From assembly GCF_003334405.1 (NCBI RefSeq), contig NZ_QOWM01000010.1: 64,000 nt of DNA; one strand, 5' to 3'. Positions within the stretch are counted from its first letter, which is position 1, and each line of letters starts with the position of its first letter. This DNA comes from Escherichia coli (GTDB taxonomy: Bacteria > Pseudomonadota > Gammaproteobacteria > Enterobacterales > Enterobacteriaceae). Made by a program: the position numbers and the translations under genes. The notes under the pieces are model-generated. The model saw only the letters and a program-made list of their open reading frames with translations. It ran no database searches and was not told the origin of the DNA. This document shows, piece after piece, positions 25,791 to 46,050 of the stretch.

Positions 25791-26486
25791 ATGAAACGTG
25801 CTGTCGTTGTGTTCAGTGGAGGTCAGGATTCCACCACCTGTCTGGTGCAGGCATTACAACAATATGATGAAGTCCATTGCGTGACGTTCGATTACGGTCA
25901 GCGGCATCGCGCAGAAATCGACGTGGCACGCGAACTGGCGCTGAAACTGGGGGCACGCGCGCATAAGGTGCTGGATGTCACCCTGCTCAACAAGCTGGCG
26001 GTCAGTAGCCTGACGCGTGACAGCATTCCGGTGCCTGATTATGAACCTGAAGCCGATGGTATCCCGAATACGTTTGTCCCAGGGCGTAATATTTTGTTCC
26101 TGACGCTGGCGGCAATATATGCGTATCAGGTAAAAGCAGAAGCCGTAATTACTGGCGTCTGCGAAACGGATTTCTCCGGCTACCCGGATTGCCGCGATGA
26201 GTTTGTGAAAGCACTAAACCATGCCGTCAGTTTGGGCATGGCGAAAGATATTCGTTTTGAAACGCCGCTGATGTGGATTGATAAAGCGGAAACCTGGGCG
26301 CTGGCAGATTATTACGGCAAACTGGATTTAGTCCGTAACGAAACGTTGACCTGCTATAACGGCTTTAAAGGCGACGGTTGCGGTCATTGTGCGGCATGTA
26401 ATTTACGCGCCAACGGTTTGAATCATTATCTGGCCGATAAACCGACGGTGATGGCAGCGATGAAGCAGAAAACCGGGTTGAGGTAA
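25791..26486 (+). CDS. queC: 7-cyano-7-deazaguanine synthase QueC
   Basis: 231-aa ORF with PP-loop SGGQDS near the N-terminus and C-terminal Zn-binding Cys cluster (CGHCAAC). Confidence 0.95.
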   Translation: MKRAVVVFSGGQDSTTCLVQALQQYDEVHCVTFDYGQRHRAEIDVARELALKLGARAHKVLDVTLLNKLAVSSLTRDSIPVPDYEPEADGIPNTFVPGRNILFLTLAAIYAYQVKAEAVITGVCETDFSGYPDCRDEFVKALNHAVSLGMAKDIRFETPLMWIDKAETWALADYYGKLDLVRNETLTCYNGFKGDGCGHCAACNLRANGLNHYLADKPTVMAAMKQKTGLR

Positions 26487-26499
26487 TTATTCCGGGTGT

Positions 26500-26524
26500 C
26501 GCCGGATGCGGCTTGAGCATCCGG
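26500..26524. repeat. REP-like palindromic hairpin between convergent queC and fadM
   Basis: gccggatgc-ggcttga-gcatccggc seen directly. Confidence 0.6.
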
Positions 26525-26537
26525 CACCACAAAACGT

Positions 26538-26936
26538 TTACTTAACCATCTGCTCCAGCTTTTCGCGCAATTCCCCTTCCAGAGCTAATGCTTTCTGCGT
26601 TTTAAGATCAATACAAACAAACGTAATAAGCGCATCCGCTACCACCTGCCCTTCCGGCTCCAGTGTAATGACCTGGCTTAAGATGCCGCTTTTACCGTTT
26701 AATTGCTGCAACTGACTGGTAATAGTTAACAGGTCACTTAATACCGCTGGGCGACGATAGTTAATATTGATATTGACCACGACGAAGGCGATGTTATGGG
26801 CCGTCATCCACTGAAAACTGTCGCTATTTTCCAACCCATCCCAGCGGGCTTCTTCGAGAAATTCAAGGTAGCGGGCGTTGTTGACGTGCTGGTAAACGTC
26901 GAGATGATATCCACGAACTTTGATTTGTGTTTGCAT
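26538..26936 (-). CDS. fadM: Long-chain acyl-CoA thioesterase III FadM (YbaW)
   Basis: 132-aa ORF, 4HBT/hot-dog thioesterase (MQTQIKVRGYHLDVYQHVNNARYLEFLEEARW). Confidence 0.93.
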   Translation of the reverse strand: MQTQIKVRGYHLDVYQHVNNARYLEFLEEARWDGLENSDSFQWMTAHNIAFVVVNININYRRPAVLSDLLTITSQLQQLNGKSGILSQVITLEPEGQVVADALITFVCIDLKTQKALALEGELREKLEQMVK

Positions 26937-26977
26937 AGCGCAATAACCTTACGTTGTTGTTATAAGTACAGAGGTCA

Positions 26978-29423
<2,446 letters not shown>

Positions 29424-29556
29424 GGTGTAACAACACTCCGCTGTAGATGACTGTGTACCTCACGCAACGTATCGATGCGCGCAAAGGCCTATTGTGACAA
29501 GAAACGGGGGCAATTGTCAGCCCACAAGACGCAGAAAGTCACCGAATACAAATAAA

Positions 29557-29583
29557 AAAGGCACATCAGTAGATGCGCCCTTG
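29557..29583 (-). terminator. Rho-independent terminator downstream of hupB
   Basis: Minus strand reads ggcgcatctactgatgtgcc hairpin followed by ttttttatttg. Confidence 0.65.
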
Positions 29584-29614
29584 AACTTCGTCACATCCCC
29601 ACTGGGGACAACGC

Positions 29615-29887
29615 TTAGTTTACCGCGTCTTTCAGTGCTTTACCTGCACGGAAGCTCGGTACTTTAGCAGCAGCGATGGTGATCTCTTTACCGGTCTGCG
29701 GGTTGCGGCCAGTACGGGCAGCACGCTCTTTAACGGCAAAAGTACCAAAACCTACCAGTGCTACATCATCCCCTTCTTTCAGAGATTCAGTTACGGAAGC
29801 AATAATAGCATCTAACGCACGGCCAGCCGCAGCTTTAGAGATATCAGCCCCTGCAGCAATCTTGTCGATCAATTGAGATTTATTCAC
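29615..29887 (-). CDS. hupB: DNA-binding protein HU-beta
   Basis: 90-aa [53 protein letters not shown]... Confidence 0.97.
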
Positions 29888-30036
29888 TCTTCTCTTCCTC
29901 TTTATAATTTATATCGCACTTGAATCCTTCAAGGTACGAACGCGCAGCAGTTATATCAGGCCAGCCATCCCCTTACAACACCCCTTAATAAGGGCAAGCC
30001 CGATCCGCCATCTAACTTAGCGAGACAAAAAAAGGC

Positions 30037-30080
30037 TGGCAAGCCCGAATTAGCCTGCCAGCCCTGTTTTTATTAGTGCA
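30037..30080 (-). terminator. Rho-independent terminator downstream of lon
   Basis: aaaaaaaggctggcaagcccgaattagcctgccagccctgttttt: GC stem gggctggcaggc/gcttgccagcc flanked by A- and T-runs. Confidence 0.7.
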
Positions 30081-30095
30081 TTTTGCGCGAGGTCA

Positions 30096-32450
30096 CTATT
30101 TTGCAGTCACAACCTGCATACCAGACGGTTCATTTTGCAGCGCCAGAGTCAGAACTTCCTCAATGCGCTTCACAGGATGAATGTCCAGATCGGCAATTAC
30201 GTTGTCAGGAATCTCTTCCAGATCGCGTTTATTTTCGAACGGAATTAGCACTGTTTTAATCCCGCCGCGATGCGCTGCCAGGAGTTTTTCTTTCAAACCA
30301 CCGATCGGCAGTACCTGACCACGCAGAGTGATCTCACCGGTCATTGCCACATCGGCACGAACCGGGTTACCGGTCAGGCAAGAAACCAGCGCGGTGCACA
30401 TAGCAATACCGGCACTCGGACCATCTTTCGGCGTCGCACCTTCCGGTACGTGGACGTGGATGTCACGTTTTTCGTAAAAATCAGGGTTGATCCCCAGTTT
30501 TTCCGCACGCGCACGAACCACCGTTAACGCCGCCTGAATGGACTCCTGCATCACTTCGCCGAGCGAACCGGTATAGGTCAGTTTGCCTTTACCCGGAACA
30601 CATGCGGTTTCAATGGTCAGCAAGTCACCGCCCACTTCCGTCCACGCCAGACCGGTTACCTGACCGACACGGTTTTCGTTATCCGCGCGACCATAGTCGA
30701 AACGCTGAACACCGAGATAGTCATGCAGGTTATCGCCGTTAATTTCGATATGTTTTAATGACTTATCGAGCAGTAACTGCTTAACCGCTTTGCGACACAG
30801 TTTGGAGATTTCACGCTCCAGACCACGCACGCCCGCCTCACGGGTGTAGTAACGAATAATGCCGATAATGGCGCTATCGTCGACGGTCAGCTCACCTTTT
30901 TTCAGTGCATTACGTTCAATCTGCTTCGGCAGCAGGTGACGTTTGGCGATGTTCAGTTTTTCATCTTCGGTATAACCGGAGAGGCGAATCACTTCCATAC
31001 GATCCAGCAGCGGTGCCGGAATGTTCATGGAGTTCGACGTCGCGACAAACATCACGTCGCTGAGATCGTAATCCACTTCCAGGTAGTGGTCGCTGAACGC
31101 TACGTTCTGCTCTGGATCCAGCACTTCAAGCAGTGCAGAGGCCGGATCGCCACGCATGTCAGAAGACATTTTGTCGATCTCATCGAGCAGGAACAGCGGG
31201 TTTTTCACGCCCACTTTCGCCATTTTCTGGATCAGTTTACCCGGCATAGAACCGATGTAAGTACGGCGGTGACCACGGATTTCCGCTTCATCACGCACGC
31301 CGCCCAGCGCCATACGGACATATTTACGCCCGGTGGCTTTGGCAATGGACTGACCAAGAGAGGTTTTACCTACCCCCGGCGGCCCTACCAGGCAGAGGAT
31401 CGGTCCCTTGATTTTGTTGACACGGCTTTGAACCGCAAGATACTCAAGGATTCGATCTTTCACGCGCTCCAGACCATAATGGTCGGTATCAAGGATTTCC
31501 TGCGCCTGACGCAGGTCTTTTTTGACCTTGCTACGCGCATTCCACGGCACCTGTACCATCCAGTCGATATAACCACGCACTACGGTCGCTTCTGCCGACA
31601 TCGGAGACATCATTTTCAGCTTCTGCAACTCTGCTTCCGCTTTCTCTTTTGCCTCTTTCGGCATCTTCGCCGCGTCGATTTTGCGCTTCAGGGCTTCGTT
31701 TTCGTCCGGCGCGTCGTCCATTTCACCGAGTTCTTTCTGAATAGCTTTCATTTGCTCGTTCAGATAGTACTCACGCTGGGATTTCTCCATCTGCTTTTTA
31801 ACGCGGTTGCGAATGCGTTTCTCAACCTGCAGCAGATCGATTTCCGATTCCATCATTGCCATCAGATATTCCAGACGTTCGTTAACGTCGGACATCTCCA
31901 GAACAGACTGTTTGTCAGCCAGTTTCAGCGGCATATGTGCAGCAATGGTATCCGCCAGACGCGCCGGATCGTCGATGCTATTCAGCGACGTCAGCACTTC
32001 TGGTGGGATTTTTTTGTTCAGCTTGATGTAGCCTTCGAACTGGCTGATTGCAGTACGCACCAGCACTTCCTGTTCCCGCTCATCAATGGTCGGCGACTCC
32101 AGATACTCCGCCTTCGCAGAAAAGTGTTCGCCATTGTCAGAGAGCGCAGAAATACGCGCGCGCTGTAACCCCTCGACCAGCACTTTGACGGTGCCGTCAG
32201 GCAGTTTCAGCATCTGCAATATAGAGGCCACGGTCCCGACGGTGAAAAGATCGTTTACACCCGGCTCATCCGTTGAAGCTTCTTTCTGCGCGACCAGCAT
32301 AATTTTTTTATCATGGTCCATCGCCGCTTCCAGACAACGGATAGATTTTTCCCGCCCGACAAATAAGGGGATGACCATGTGCGGATAAACCACCACATCG
32401 CGCAGCGGCAATACGGGGATTTCAATGCGTTCAGAACGCTCAGGATTCAT
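30096..32450 (-). CDS. lon: ATP-dependent Lon protease
   Basis: ORF 30096..32495; start at [33 protein letters not shown] gives 784 aa; Walker [10 protein letters not shown] and the catalytic Ser motif PKDGPSAG. Confidence 0.97.
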   Translation of the reverse strand: MNPERSERIEIPVLPLRDVVVYPHMVIPLFVGREKSIRCLEAAMDHDKKIMLVAQKEASTDEPGVNDLFTVGTVASILQMLKLPDGTVKVLVEGLQRARISALSDNGEHFSAKAEYLESPTIDEREQEVLVRTAISQFEGYIKLNKKIPPEVLTSLNSIDDPARLADTIAAHMPLKLADKQSVLEMSDVNERLEYLMAMMESEIDLLQVEKRIRNRVKKQMEKSQREYYLNEQMKAIQKELGEMDDAPDENEALKRKIDAAKMPKEAKEKAEAELQKLKMMSPMSAEATVVRGYIDWMVQVPWNARSKVKKDLRQAQEILDTDHYGLERVKDRILEYLAVQSRVNKIKGPILCLVGPPGVGKTSLGQSIAKATGRKYVRMALGGVRDEAEIRGHRRTYIGSMPGKLIQKMAKVGVKNPLFLLDEIDKMSSDMRGDPASALLEVLDPEQNVAFSDHYLEVDYDLSDVMFVATSNSMNIPAPLLDRMEVIRLSGYTEDEKLNIAKRHLLPKQIERNALKKGELTVDDSAIIGIIRYYTREAGVRGLEREISKLCRKAVKQLLLDKSLKHIEINGDNLHDYLGVQRFDYGRADNENRVGQVTGLAWTEVGGDLLTIETACVPGKGKLTYTGSLGEVMQESIQAALTVVRARAEKLGINPDFYEKRDIHVHVPEGATPKDGPSAGIAMCTALVSCLTGNPVRADVAMTGEITLRGQVLPIGGLKEKLLAAHRGGIKTVLIPFENKRDLEEIPDNVIADLDIHPVKRIEEVLTLALQNEPSGMQVVTAK

Positions 32451-32637
32451 AGAGCTCTCTCTTAGTTTAATTTCCGCCAGGTAATCAGATGACACGACTG
32501 TGCTTCACGCCATCTATTAACATGTACGTCAGTATATGGGGATGTTTCCCCCACATTCAACGCCGAGAATAGAGGAAAAATTAAAGGGGAGATAAAATCC
32601 CCCCTTTTTGGTTAACTAATTGTATGGGAATGGTTAA

Positions 32638-33912
32638 TTATTCACCAGATGCCTGTTGCGCTTCCGGCTTGCCATAAATCAGCAACGGTTTGCTTTGACC
32701 ATCAATTACCGACTCGTCGATAACCACTTTTTCGACGTCTTCCATGGACGGCAGATCGTACATGGTATCGAGCAGTGCGGCTTCTACGATGGAACGCAGG
32801 CCACGGGCACCGGTTTTACGCGCCATCGCTTTCTTAGCGATAGCATCCAGCGCCTCGTCACGGAATTCCAGATCCACGCCTTCCAGATTAAACAGCGCCT
32901 GATACTGCTTGGTCAGGGCGTTTTTCGGCTCTTTGAGGATCTGAATCAGAGCTTCTTCGCTCAGTTCATTCAACGTTGCGACAACCGGCAGACGACCAAT
33001 AAACTCAGGGATAAGACCAAACTTGATCAGATCTTCCGGTTCAACCTGCGCCAGCAGCTCGCCTTCGCTTGCTTTGTCGGACTTCGCTTTTACCGTCGCG
33101 CCAAAACCAATGCCGGAGCCGGTTTCTACACGGTGGGAAATCACTTTATCCAGACCGGCAAACGCACCGCCACAAATAAACAGGATCTTAGAGGTATCAA
33201 CCTGCAAGAATTCCTGCTGCGGATGTTTACGCCCACCTTGCGGTGGAACAGCAGCTACCGTACCTTCGATCAGTTTCAACAGTGCCTGCTGTACGCCTTC
33301 ACCGGAAACGTCTCGGGTAATGGACGGGTTGTCTGACTTACGAGAAATCTTGTCGATTTCATCGATGTAGACAATACCACGCTGTGCTTTCTGGACATCG
33401 TAGTCGCATTTCTGCAACAGCTTCTGAATGATGTTTTCAACGTCTTCACCCACATAACCGGCTTCGGTCAGTGTAGTCGCGTCGGCCATGGTGAACGGAA
33501 CATCCAGCAGGCGCGCCAGCGTTTCAGCCAGCAGCGTTTTACCGGAACCGGTCGGACCGATCAGCAGAATGTTACTTTTGCCCAACTCGACGCCATTGCT
33601 GGTATCGCCGTTGCGCAGACGTTTGTAATGGTTGTATACCGCGACCGCCAGCACTTTTTTCGCCTGTTCCTGGCCGATAACGTAATCGTCCAGGTGGTTG
33701 CGAATTTCATGCGGCGTCGGTAGCGCACTGCGTTCACGATGCGGTGCAACTTCTTTAATCTCTTCGCGAATGATGTCGTTACATAAATCAACACATTCGT
33801 CGCAGATATACACGGATGGACCGGCAATCAGCTTGCGCACTTCATGCTGGCTTTTGCCGCAAAAAGAGCAATACAGCAATTTGCCTGAGCCATCTTTGCG
33901 TTTATCTGTCAT
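32638..33912 (-). CDS. clpX: ATP-dependent Clp protease ATP-binding subunit ClpX
   Basis: 424-aa ORF; N-terminal C4 zinc finger (CSFCGK...CDEC) and Walker A GPTGSGKT. Confidence 0.97.
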
Positions 33913-34037
33913 GGGTCAAAACCTCTTCTTTGTTCTTTGTGCCGCACACGACGACGCAAATGCCATTCTCAGGCGCAAGCCGCTTACAGCGTTGTGCCGC
34001 CCTGGATAAGTATAGCGGCACAGTTGCGCCTCTGGCA

Positions 34038-34661
34038 TCAATTACGATGGGTCAGAATCGAATCGACCAGACCGTATTCCACCGCTTCAGGGGCGGAAAG
34101 GAAGCGATCGCGCTCGGTATCACGTTCAATCTGTTCTAATGATTGACCCGTATGAAGCGCCATAAGTTCATTCATGCGCCCTTTAACTTTCAGAATTTCA
34201 CGGGCATGAATTTCGATATCGGTCGCCTGGCCCTGGTAGCCGCCCAACGGTTGGTGAATCATCACGCGCGAATTCGGCAGGCAAAAACGTTTACCTTTTG
34301 CCCCTGCGGTCAGCAAGAAAGCGCCCATCGAGGCCGCCTGGCCCATACAGATGGTGCTGACATCAGGCTTGATAAACTGCATGGTGTCATAGATAGACAT
34401 CCCGGCAGTGATCACCCCGCCTGGGGAGTTAATGTACAGATAGATATCTTTTTCTGGGTTTTCCGCTTCCAGGAACAGCATCTGCGCCACAATCAGGTTA
34501 GCCATGTGGTCTTCAACCTGGCCAGTCAGAAAAATGACGCGTTCCTTAAGTAGACGAGAATAGATATCAAAAGAGCGCTCACCGCGTGAGGTCTGTTCAA
34601 TGACCATCGGCACCAGCGCCATATGGGGTGCAAAGTTATCTCGTTCGCCGCTGTATGACAT
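34038..34661 (-). CDS. clpP: ATP-dependent Clp protease proteolytic subunit ClpP
   Basis: 207-aa ORF; Ser-His-Asp protease with GQAASMGA around the active-site Ser. Confidence 0.97.
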   Translation of the reverse strand: MSYSGERDNFAPHMALVPMVIEQTSRGERSFDIYSRLLKERVIFLTGQVEDHMANLIVAQMLFLEAENPEKDIYLYINSPGGVITAGMSIYDTMQFIKPDVSTICMGQAASMGAFLLTAGAKGKRFCLPNSRVMIHQPLGGYQGQATDIEIHAREILKVKGRMNELMALHTGQSLEQIERDTERDRFLSAPEAVEYGLVDSILTHRN

Positions 34662-34906
34662 TTCCGTCTCCTGGATAAAATTGAAAAAACCTGCTGTACC
34701 GATTGTAACCTTATGGACGGATTATCAGCTAGTCCCTGTGTTATGGGTACGGCATCACCATATTTCAAGCATAACAATCTTTTGTTGTTACGCTAACACC
34801 GAAAGAGGCTTTTCGCACGGTTCCATGCAAAATTCATGACAAAAAAAAGCCCACCACCTGGCGGTGACGGGCCTTTGTGCGAATTTAGCGCGTTATGCTG
34901 CGTAAA

Positions 34907-36214
<1,308 letters not shown>

Positions 36215-36548
36215 TCAAAAAATCACAGTGCTCGGTCAACTCTTACCCCGCAAGCACAGGTTGTTGGCTTCGCGGAACCGGGATGTTCTTATAATCAATC
36301 ACATTCCCTGTTACCAGAATCATCCCGAAAGCATTCAAATAGGACGCGGCATTATAGCGGCATCACTTTTATGAGTCGAGAACGGTTATTGCGCGCTGTC
36401 GCGTATTTTTTCACAATTCCCGGGCAATTTTCGTCTGAATGCTGGGCAAAAAGCGCAAAATCCAGACAAAACAAAACGGCCCGCAGGCCGTTTTTCATAA
36501 AATCTTTAGCAACATACTGGAAAAGCGCCGACAGTTGCAAATGCGTTT

Positions 36549-36866
36549 TTACGCGATGCTTCCTGCTCCACGACAGGGAGGAGAGGCAAAGACGGTGTCC
36601 TGCAACCCTTCCCACTCCTTAATAGTGTAAGTATGCAGAGCCAGCGCATGAACGGTAGTAGAGAGTTCCTCCGCTAAAGTACTGTAAATCATTCGATGAC
36701 GATTCAGAAAACGTTCACCCGTAAAACGATCGCTGACCAGCACAACTTTAAAATGGCTTTCAGAGCCGGCTGGGACATTGTGACGATAGCTTTCATCCAC
36801 TACTTCGAGGAATACGGGTTGGAACGCCGCCCTTAATTTTTCTTCTATCCGCTCACGTATCATCAT
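36549..36866 (-). CDS. bolA: Morphogene / stress-induced transcriptional regulator BolA
   Basis: ORF 36549..36899; start at [17 protein letters not shown] gives 105 aa. Confidence 0.92.
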
Positions 36867-37170
36867 GAAATATCTCCTCCGACAACGCTGAGATGTCATC
36901 CATCCCTTTAAATACTAGCCGCTTTTACCGTTTCCATTGCAGCTTAACAACAAATATTTAGGTTTCGTCCTGGTTTTTCCGTCAAGCGTATGAAGTTTAC
37001 TGATTTAAAGATTGAAACACAGGCCTCGCATCAGTGTTTCTTTTACCAGGGGCGATTATTTCGTCAACATGATGAATTTACATGCCTTACCCACTTCCCC
37101 TCGCCGTTGGCAATGTTATGATGGCGGGAATTTTTACCAAACACGCTTAAGAGTCTCTGAGAGCCCGAAC

Positions 37171-37749
37171 ATGTTCAAAAAAATCCTCTTCCCGTTAGTT
37201 GCTCTGTTTATGCTTGCAGGATGCGCAAAACCGCCAACAACTATTGAAGTTTCCCCGACGATTACACTGCCACAGCAGGATCCAAGCCTGATGGGCGTCA
37301 CCGTAAGCATTAATGGTGCCGATCAGCGTACCGATCAGGCGCTGGCAAAAGTCACCCGCGATAATCAAATCGTTACCCTGACCGCCTCCCGCGATCTGCG
37401 TTTCCTGCTGCAAGAAGTGCTGGAAAAACAGATGACCGCGCGTGGTTACATGGTTGGTCCGAATGGCCCGGTTAATCTGCAAATCATCGTTAGCCAACTG
37501 TATGCTGACGTGTCCCAGGGCAACGTGCGCTACAACATCGCGACCAAAGCGGATATCGCCATCATCGCTACCGCGCAGAATGGCAACAAAATGACCAAAA
37601 ACTATCGTGCCAGCTACAACGTTGAAGGTGCGTTCCAGGCCTCCAACAAAAATATCGCCGATGCGGTTAACAGTGTGCTGACCGATACCATCGCTGATAT
37701 GTCTCAGGACACCAGCATCCACGAATTCATCAAGCAGAACGCGCGTTAA
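37171..37749 (+). CDS. yajG: Lipoprotein YajG
   Basis: ORF 37012..37749; start at MFKKILFPLVALFMLAGC (lipobox LAGC) gives 192 aa. Confidence 0.9.
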   Translation: MFKKILFPLVALFMLAGCAKPPTTIEVSPTITLPQQDPSLMGVTVSINGADQRTDQALAKVTRDNQIVTLTASRDLRFLLQEVLEKQMTARGYMVGPNGPVNLQIIVSQLYADVSQGNVRYNIATKADIAIIATAQNGNKMTKNYRASYNVEGAFQASNKNIADAVNSVLTDTIADMSQDTSIHEFIKQNAR

Positions 37750-37792
37750 TTTCTGCCCTCTGGCCCGGTGCAAGCCGGGCCTGTAGACGCCC

Positions 37793-39268
37793 ATGTCCAG
37801 TCAATATTTACGTATTTTTCAACAGCCGCGTTCAGCCATATTGCTGATCCTGGGTTTTGCTTCCGGGCTACCGCTCGCCCTGACATCCGGTACCTTACAG
37901 GCCTGGATGACGGTCGAGAATATTGATCTCAAAACCATTGGTTTCTTCTCTCTGGTAGGCCAGGCTTACGTTTTTAAATTCCTCTGGTCACCGCTGATGG
38001 ACCGCTACACGCCTCCATTTTTTGGGCGGCGACGCGGTTGGCTGCTCGCCACGCAAATCCTGTTATTAGTCGCCATTGCGGCGATGGGTTTTCTCGAACC
38101 AGGCACCCAACTCCGCTGGATGGCGGCGCTGGCGGTGGTGATCGCTTTTTGCTCTGCCTCCCAGGATATTGTCTTCGATGCGTGGAAAACCGATGTGCTC
38201 CCGGCAGAAGAACGTGGTGCGGGCGCGGCAATCAGCGTTCTGGGTTACCGTTTAGGGATGCTGGTTTCCGGCGGCCTAGCCCTGTGGCTGGCAGATAAAT
38301 GGCTGGGCTGGCAGGGCATGTACTGGTTGATGGCGGCGCTGTTGATCCCCTGTATTATCGCGACGTTGCTTGCACCAGAACCGACCGACACCATTCCTGT
38401 GCCAAAAACGCTGGAACAAGCGGTTGTTGCACCTCTGCGAGATTTCTTTGGTCGCAATAATGCCTGGCTTATTTTGCTTCTTATCGTGCTGTATAAGCTG
38501 GGCGACGCATTCGCCATGAGCCTGACAACCACGTTTTTGATTCGCGGCGTCGGGTTTGATGCGGGTGAAGTAGGCGTGGTTAACAAAACGCTTGGCTTAC
38601 TAGCGACCATTGTTGGCGCATTGTACGGTGGGATTTTGATGCAGCGCCTGTCACTGTTCCGGGCACTGCTGATTTTCGGCATTTTACAAGGTGCGTCTAA
38701 CGCCGGTTACTGGCTGCTGTCGATTACTGATAAGCATCTCTACAGCATGGGCGCAGCCGTCTTTTTCGAAAACCTCTGTGGCGGGATGGGCACATCAGCC
38801 TTTGTCGCGCTGTTAATGACGCTATGTAATAAGTCATTTTCCGCTACTCAATTTGCCCTGCTCTCAGCGCTTTCTGCTGTAGGGCGAGTTTATGTCGGCC
38901 CCGTGGCGGGTTGGTTTGTTGAAGCACACGGCTGGTCGACATTCTATCTATTCTCCGTCGCCGCTGCCGTACCAGGGCTTATTTTGCTGCTGGTTTGCCG
39001 CCAGACGCTTGAATATACACGAGTAAATGACAACTTTATCTCCCGTACCGCATATCCGGCAGGTTATGCCTTTGCCATGTGGACACTGGCGGCGGGCGTC
39101 AGCCTGTTGGCCGTGTGGTTACTGCTATTGACGATGGACGCGCTGGATTTGACGCACTTCTCTTTCCTGCCTGCTCTGCTGGAAGTCGGGGTTTTAGTCG
39201 CCCTTTCTGGCGTCGTGCTTGGTGGTTTGCTGGATTATCTGGCGCTACGAAAAACGCATCTGACGTAA
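37793..39268 (+). CDS. ampG: Anhydromuropeptide permease AmpG (MFS)
   Basis: 491-aa ORF with multiple TM helices, MFS family. Confidence 0.95.
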   Translation: MSSQYLRIFQQPRSAILLILGFASGLPLALTSGTLQAWMTVENIDLKTIGFFSLVGQAYVFKFLWSPLMDRYTPPFFGRRRGWLLATQILLLVAIAAMGFLEPGTQLRWMAALAVVIAFCSASQDIVFDAWKTDVLPAEERGAGAAISVLGYRLGMLVSGGLALWLADKWLGWQGMYWLMAALLIPCIIATLLAPEPTDTIPVPKTLEQAVVAPLRDFFGRNNAWLILLLIVLYKLGDAFAMSLTTTFLIRGVGFDAGEVGVVNKTLGLLATIVGALYGGILMQRLSLFRALLIFGILQGASNAGYWLLSITDKHLYSMGAAVFFENLCGGMGTSAFVALLMTLCNKSFSATQFALLSALSAVGRVYVGPVAGWFVEAHGWSTFYLFSVAAAVPGLILLLVCRQTLEYTRVNDNFISRTAYPAGYAFAMWTLAAGVSLLAVWLLLLTMDALDLTHFSFLPALLEVGVLVALSGVVLGGLLDYLALRKTHLT

Positions 39269-39724
39269 TCTGTAAATATTATTTAGCTGTAGTAATCACT
39301 CGCCGTAATTATTACGGCTAAATAAACATCAGTATCGCTTATTAATATTTGTTCTTTTGTGCGGCTTAGCGTTTGGAAATTATTGGCGCCATTTATAAAT
39401 TCTATTTTTCTTACACGATTCAGCTAATGAGTCTTTATTTTCTCATCACCCAGTTGTCACTCTAATGATAATTATTTGTTAAATAATTGTTTTATTTCAC
39501 ATTGGTTATACCAATTGCCCGCCCAGACTCCTTCAGCACTCCCCTTTTGTTATAACGCCCTTTTGCAACAGCTTCTTAAAATCAACCTGATATGTTTTGC
39601 AACATATGTGACCTGGCAGCCAAATCCAAGTAACAGGAATTTAATCATGTTTACAGTAATGTAACCTTCCCGTAAAATGCCCACACACTTTAAACGCCAC
39701 CAGATCCCGTGGAATTGAGGTCGT

Positions 39725-40675
<951 letters not shown>

Positions 40676-40684
40676 AGGGGTTGA

Positions 40685-43621
<2,937 letters not shown>

Positions 43622-43632
43622 GAGCGGCGGTT

Positions 43633-44523
43633 ATGATGTTTAAGCAATACCTGCAAGTAACGAAACCAGGCATCATCTTTGGCAACCTGATCTCGGTGAT
43701 TGGGGGATTCCTGCTGGCCTCAAAGGGCAGCATTGATTATCCCCTGTTTATCTACACGCTGGTTGGGGTGTCACTGGTTGTGGCGTCGGGTTGTGTGTTT
43801 AACAACTACATCGACAGGGATATCGACAGAAAGATGGAAAGGACGAAGAATCGGGTGCTGGTGAAAGGCCTGATCTCTCCTGCTGTCTCGCTGGTGTACG
43901 CCACGTTGCTGGGTATTGCTGGCTTTATGCTGCTGTGGTTTGGCGCGAATCCGCTGGCCTGCTGGCTGGGGGTGATGGGCTTTGTGGTTTATGTCGGCGT
44001 TTATAGCCTGTACATGAAACGCCACTCTGTCTACGGCACGTTGATTGGTTCGCTCTCCGGCGCTGCGCCGCCGGTGATCGGCTACTGTGCGGTAACCGGT
44101 GAGTTCGATAGCGGCGCAGCGATCCTGCTGGCTATCTTCAGCCTGTGGCAGATGCCTCACTCCTATGCCATCGCCATTTTCCGCTTTAAGGATTACCAGG
44201 CGGCAAACATTCCGGTATTGCCAGTGGTAAAAGGCATTTCGGTGGCGAAGAATCACATCACGCTGTATATCATCGCCTTTGCCGTTGCCACGCTGATGCT
44301 CTCTCTTGGCGGTTACGCTGGGTATAAATATCTGGTGGTCGCCGCGGCGGTTAGCGTCTGGTGGTTAGGTATGGCTCTGCGCGGTTATAAAGTTGCTGAT
44401 GACAGAATCTGGGCGCGCAAGCTGTTCGGCTTCTCTATCATCGCCATCACTGCCCTCTCGGTGATGATGTCCGTTGATTTTATGGTACCGGACTCGCATA
44501 CGCTGCTGGCTGCTGTGTGGTAA
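43633..44523 (+). CDS. cyoE: Protohaem IX farnesyltransferase (haem O synthase)
   Basis: ORF 43588..44523; start at [19 protein letters not shown] gives 296 aa; UbiA prenyltransferase family. Confidence 0.95.
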
Positions 44524-44538
44524 CAAAACCTCTCTATT

Positions 44539-44565
44539 AAAAAGGTGCTACGGCACCTTTTTTCT
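44539..44565 (+). terminator. Rho-independent terminator of the cyo operon
   Basis: aaaaggtgc-tacg-gcaccttttttt hairpin plus T-tract 16 nt after the cyoE stop. Confidence 0.8.
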
Positions 44566-44671
44566 TAGCATTAGAAACATATCCCTCTCGAAATATTTAC
44601 TAAAAAATCCGCATGTTTACCCCATTCGTTTGCCGCTTTACACTAGTCGCGAATTTAAAACAGAGGTGGTA

Positions 44672-46036
44672 ATGAACGATTATAAAATGACGCCAGGTGA
44701 GAGGCGCGCGACCTGGGGTTTAGGGACCGTATTCTCGTTGCGCATGCTGGGCATGTTTATGGTTCTGCCGGTTCTGACCACGTACGGCATGGCTCTGCAA
44801 GGTGCCAGCGAAGCATTAATCGGTATTGCCATTGGTATTTATGGTCTGACTCAGGCCGTTTTTCAGATTCCGTTTGGCCTGCTTTCCGACCGCATTGGTC
44901 GCAAACCATTAATTGTCGGTGGGCTGGCGGTGTTTGCCGCCGGTAGCGTTATCGCTGCGCTTTCCGACTCCATCTGGGGAATTATTCTGGGCCGGGCGCT
45001 ACAAGGCTCTGGAGCAATTGCCGCCGCCGTTATGGCGCTGCTTTCCGATCTCACGCGCGAACAAAACCGCACCAAAGCGATGGCGTTTATCGGCGTGAGC
45101 TTTGGCATTACCTTTGCCATTGCGATGGTGCTTGGCCCGATCATCACTCACAAACTTGGGCTGCACGCGCTGTTCTGGATGATCGCTATTCTGGCAACGA
45201 CCGGCATTGCGTTGACCATTTGGGTTGTGCCCAACAGTAGCACTCACGTACTTAATCGTGAGTCCGGAATGGTGAAAGGCAGTTTCAGTAAAGTGCTGGC
45301 GGAACCGCGGCTGCTGAAACTCAACTTTGGCATTATGTGTCTGCATATTTTGCTGATGTCGACGTTTGTTGCCCTGCCCGGACAACTGGCTGATGCAGGG
45401 TTCCCGGCGGCTGAACACTGGAAGGTCTATCTGGCGACAATGCTAATCGCCTTTGGCTCGGTCGTGCCTTTCATTATCTACGCTGAAGTTAAGCGCAAAA
45501 TGAAGCAAGTCTTTGTCTTCTGCGTCGGGTTGATCGTGGTTGCGGAAATTGTGTTGTGGAACGCGCAAACGCAGTTCTGGCAACTGGTGGTCGGCGTGCA
45601 GCTTTTCTTTGTGGCGTTTAATTTGATGGAAGCCCTCCTGCCCTCACTTATCAGTAAAGAGTCGCCAGCAGGTTACAAAGGTACGGCGATGGGTGTTTAC
45701 TCCACCAGCCAGTTTCTTGGCGTGGCGATTGGCGGTTCGCTGGGCGGCTGGATTAACGGCATGTTTGACGGTCAGGGGGTATTTCTCGCTGGCGCAATGC
45801 TGGCCGCAGTGTGGCTGACAGTCGCCAGTACCATGAAAGAACCGCCGTATGTCAGCAGTTTGCGCATTGAAATCCCGGCGAACATTGCCGCAAACGAGGC
45901 GTTAAAAGTGCGTTTGCTAGAAACTGAAGGCATCAAAGAAGTGTTGATTGCAGAAGAAGAACATTCAGCTTATGTGAAAATCGACAGCAAAGTGACGAAT
46001 CGCTTTGAGATAGAACAGGCAATTCGTCAGGCATAA
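44672..46036 (+). CDS. yajR: MFS transporter YajR
   Basis: ORF 44474..46036; start at MNDYKMTPGERRATWGLGTVFSLRMLG gives 454 aa; 12 TM helices plus a C-terminal soluble domain. Confidence 0.92.
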   Translation: MNDYKMTPGERRATWGLGTVFSLRMLGMFMVLPVLTTYGMALQGASEALIGIAIGIYGLTQAVFQIPFGLLSDRIGRKPLIVGGLAVFAAGSVIAALSDSIWGIILGRALQGSGAIAAAVMALLSDLTREQNRTKAMAFIGVSFGITFAIAMVLGPIITHKLGLHALFWMIAILATTGIALTIWVVPNSSTHVLNRESGMVKGSFSKVLAEPRLLKLNFGIMCLHILLMSTFVALPGQLADAGFPAAEHWKVYLATMLIAFGSVVPFIIYAEVKRKMKQVFVFCVGLIVVAEIVLWNAQTQFWQLVVGVQLFFVAFNLMEALLPSLISKESPAGYKGTAMGVYSTSQFLGVAIGGSLGGWINGMFDGQGVFLAGAMLAAVWLTVASTMKEPPYVSSLRIEIPANIAANEALKVRLLETEGIKEVLIAEEEHSAYVKIDSKVTNRFEIEQAIRQA

Positions 46037-46050
46037 AAAACGCGGCGAAT

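Noticed and set aside
30936-32168. 410-aa antisense ORF inside lon
   Set aside because: Same reasoning: His/Arg/Phe-rich nonsense translation opposite a well-supported gene.
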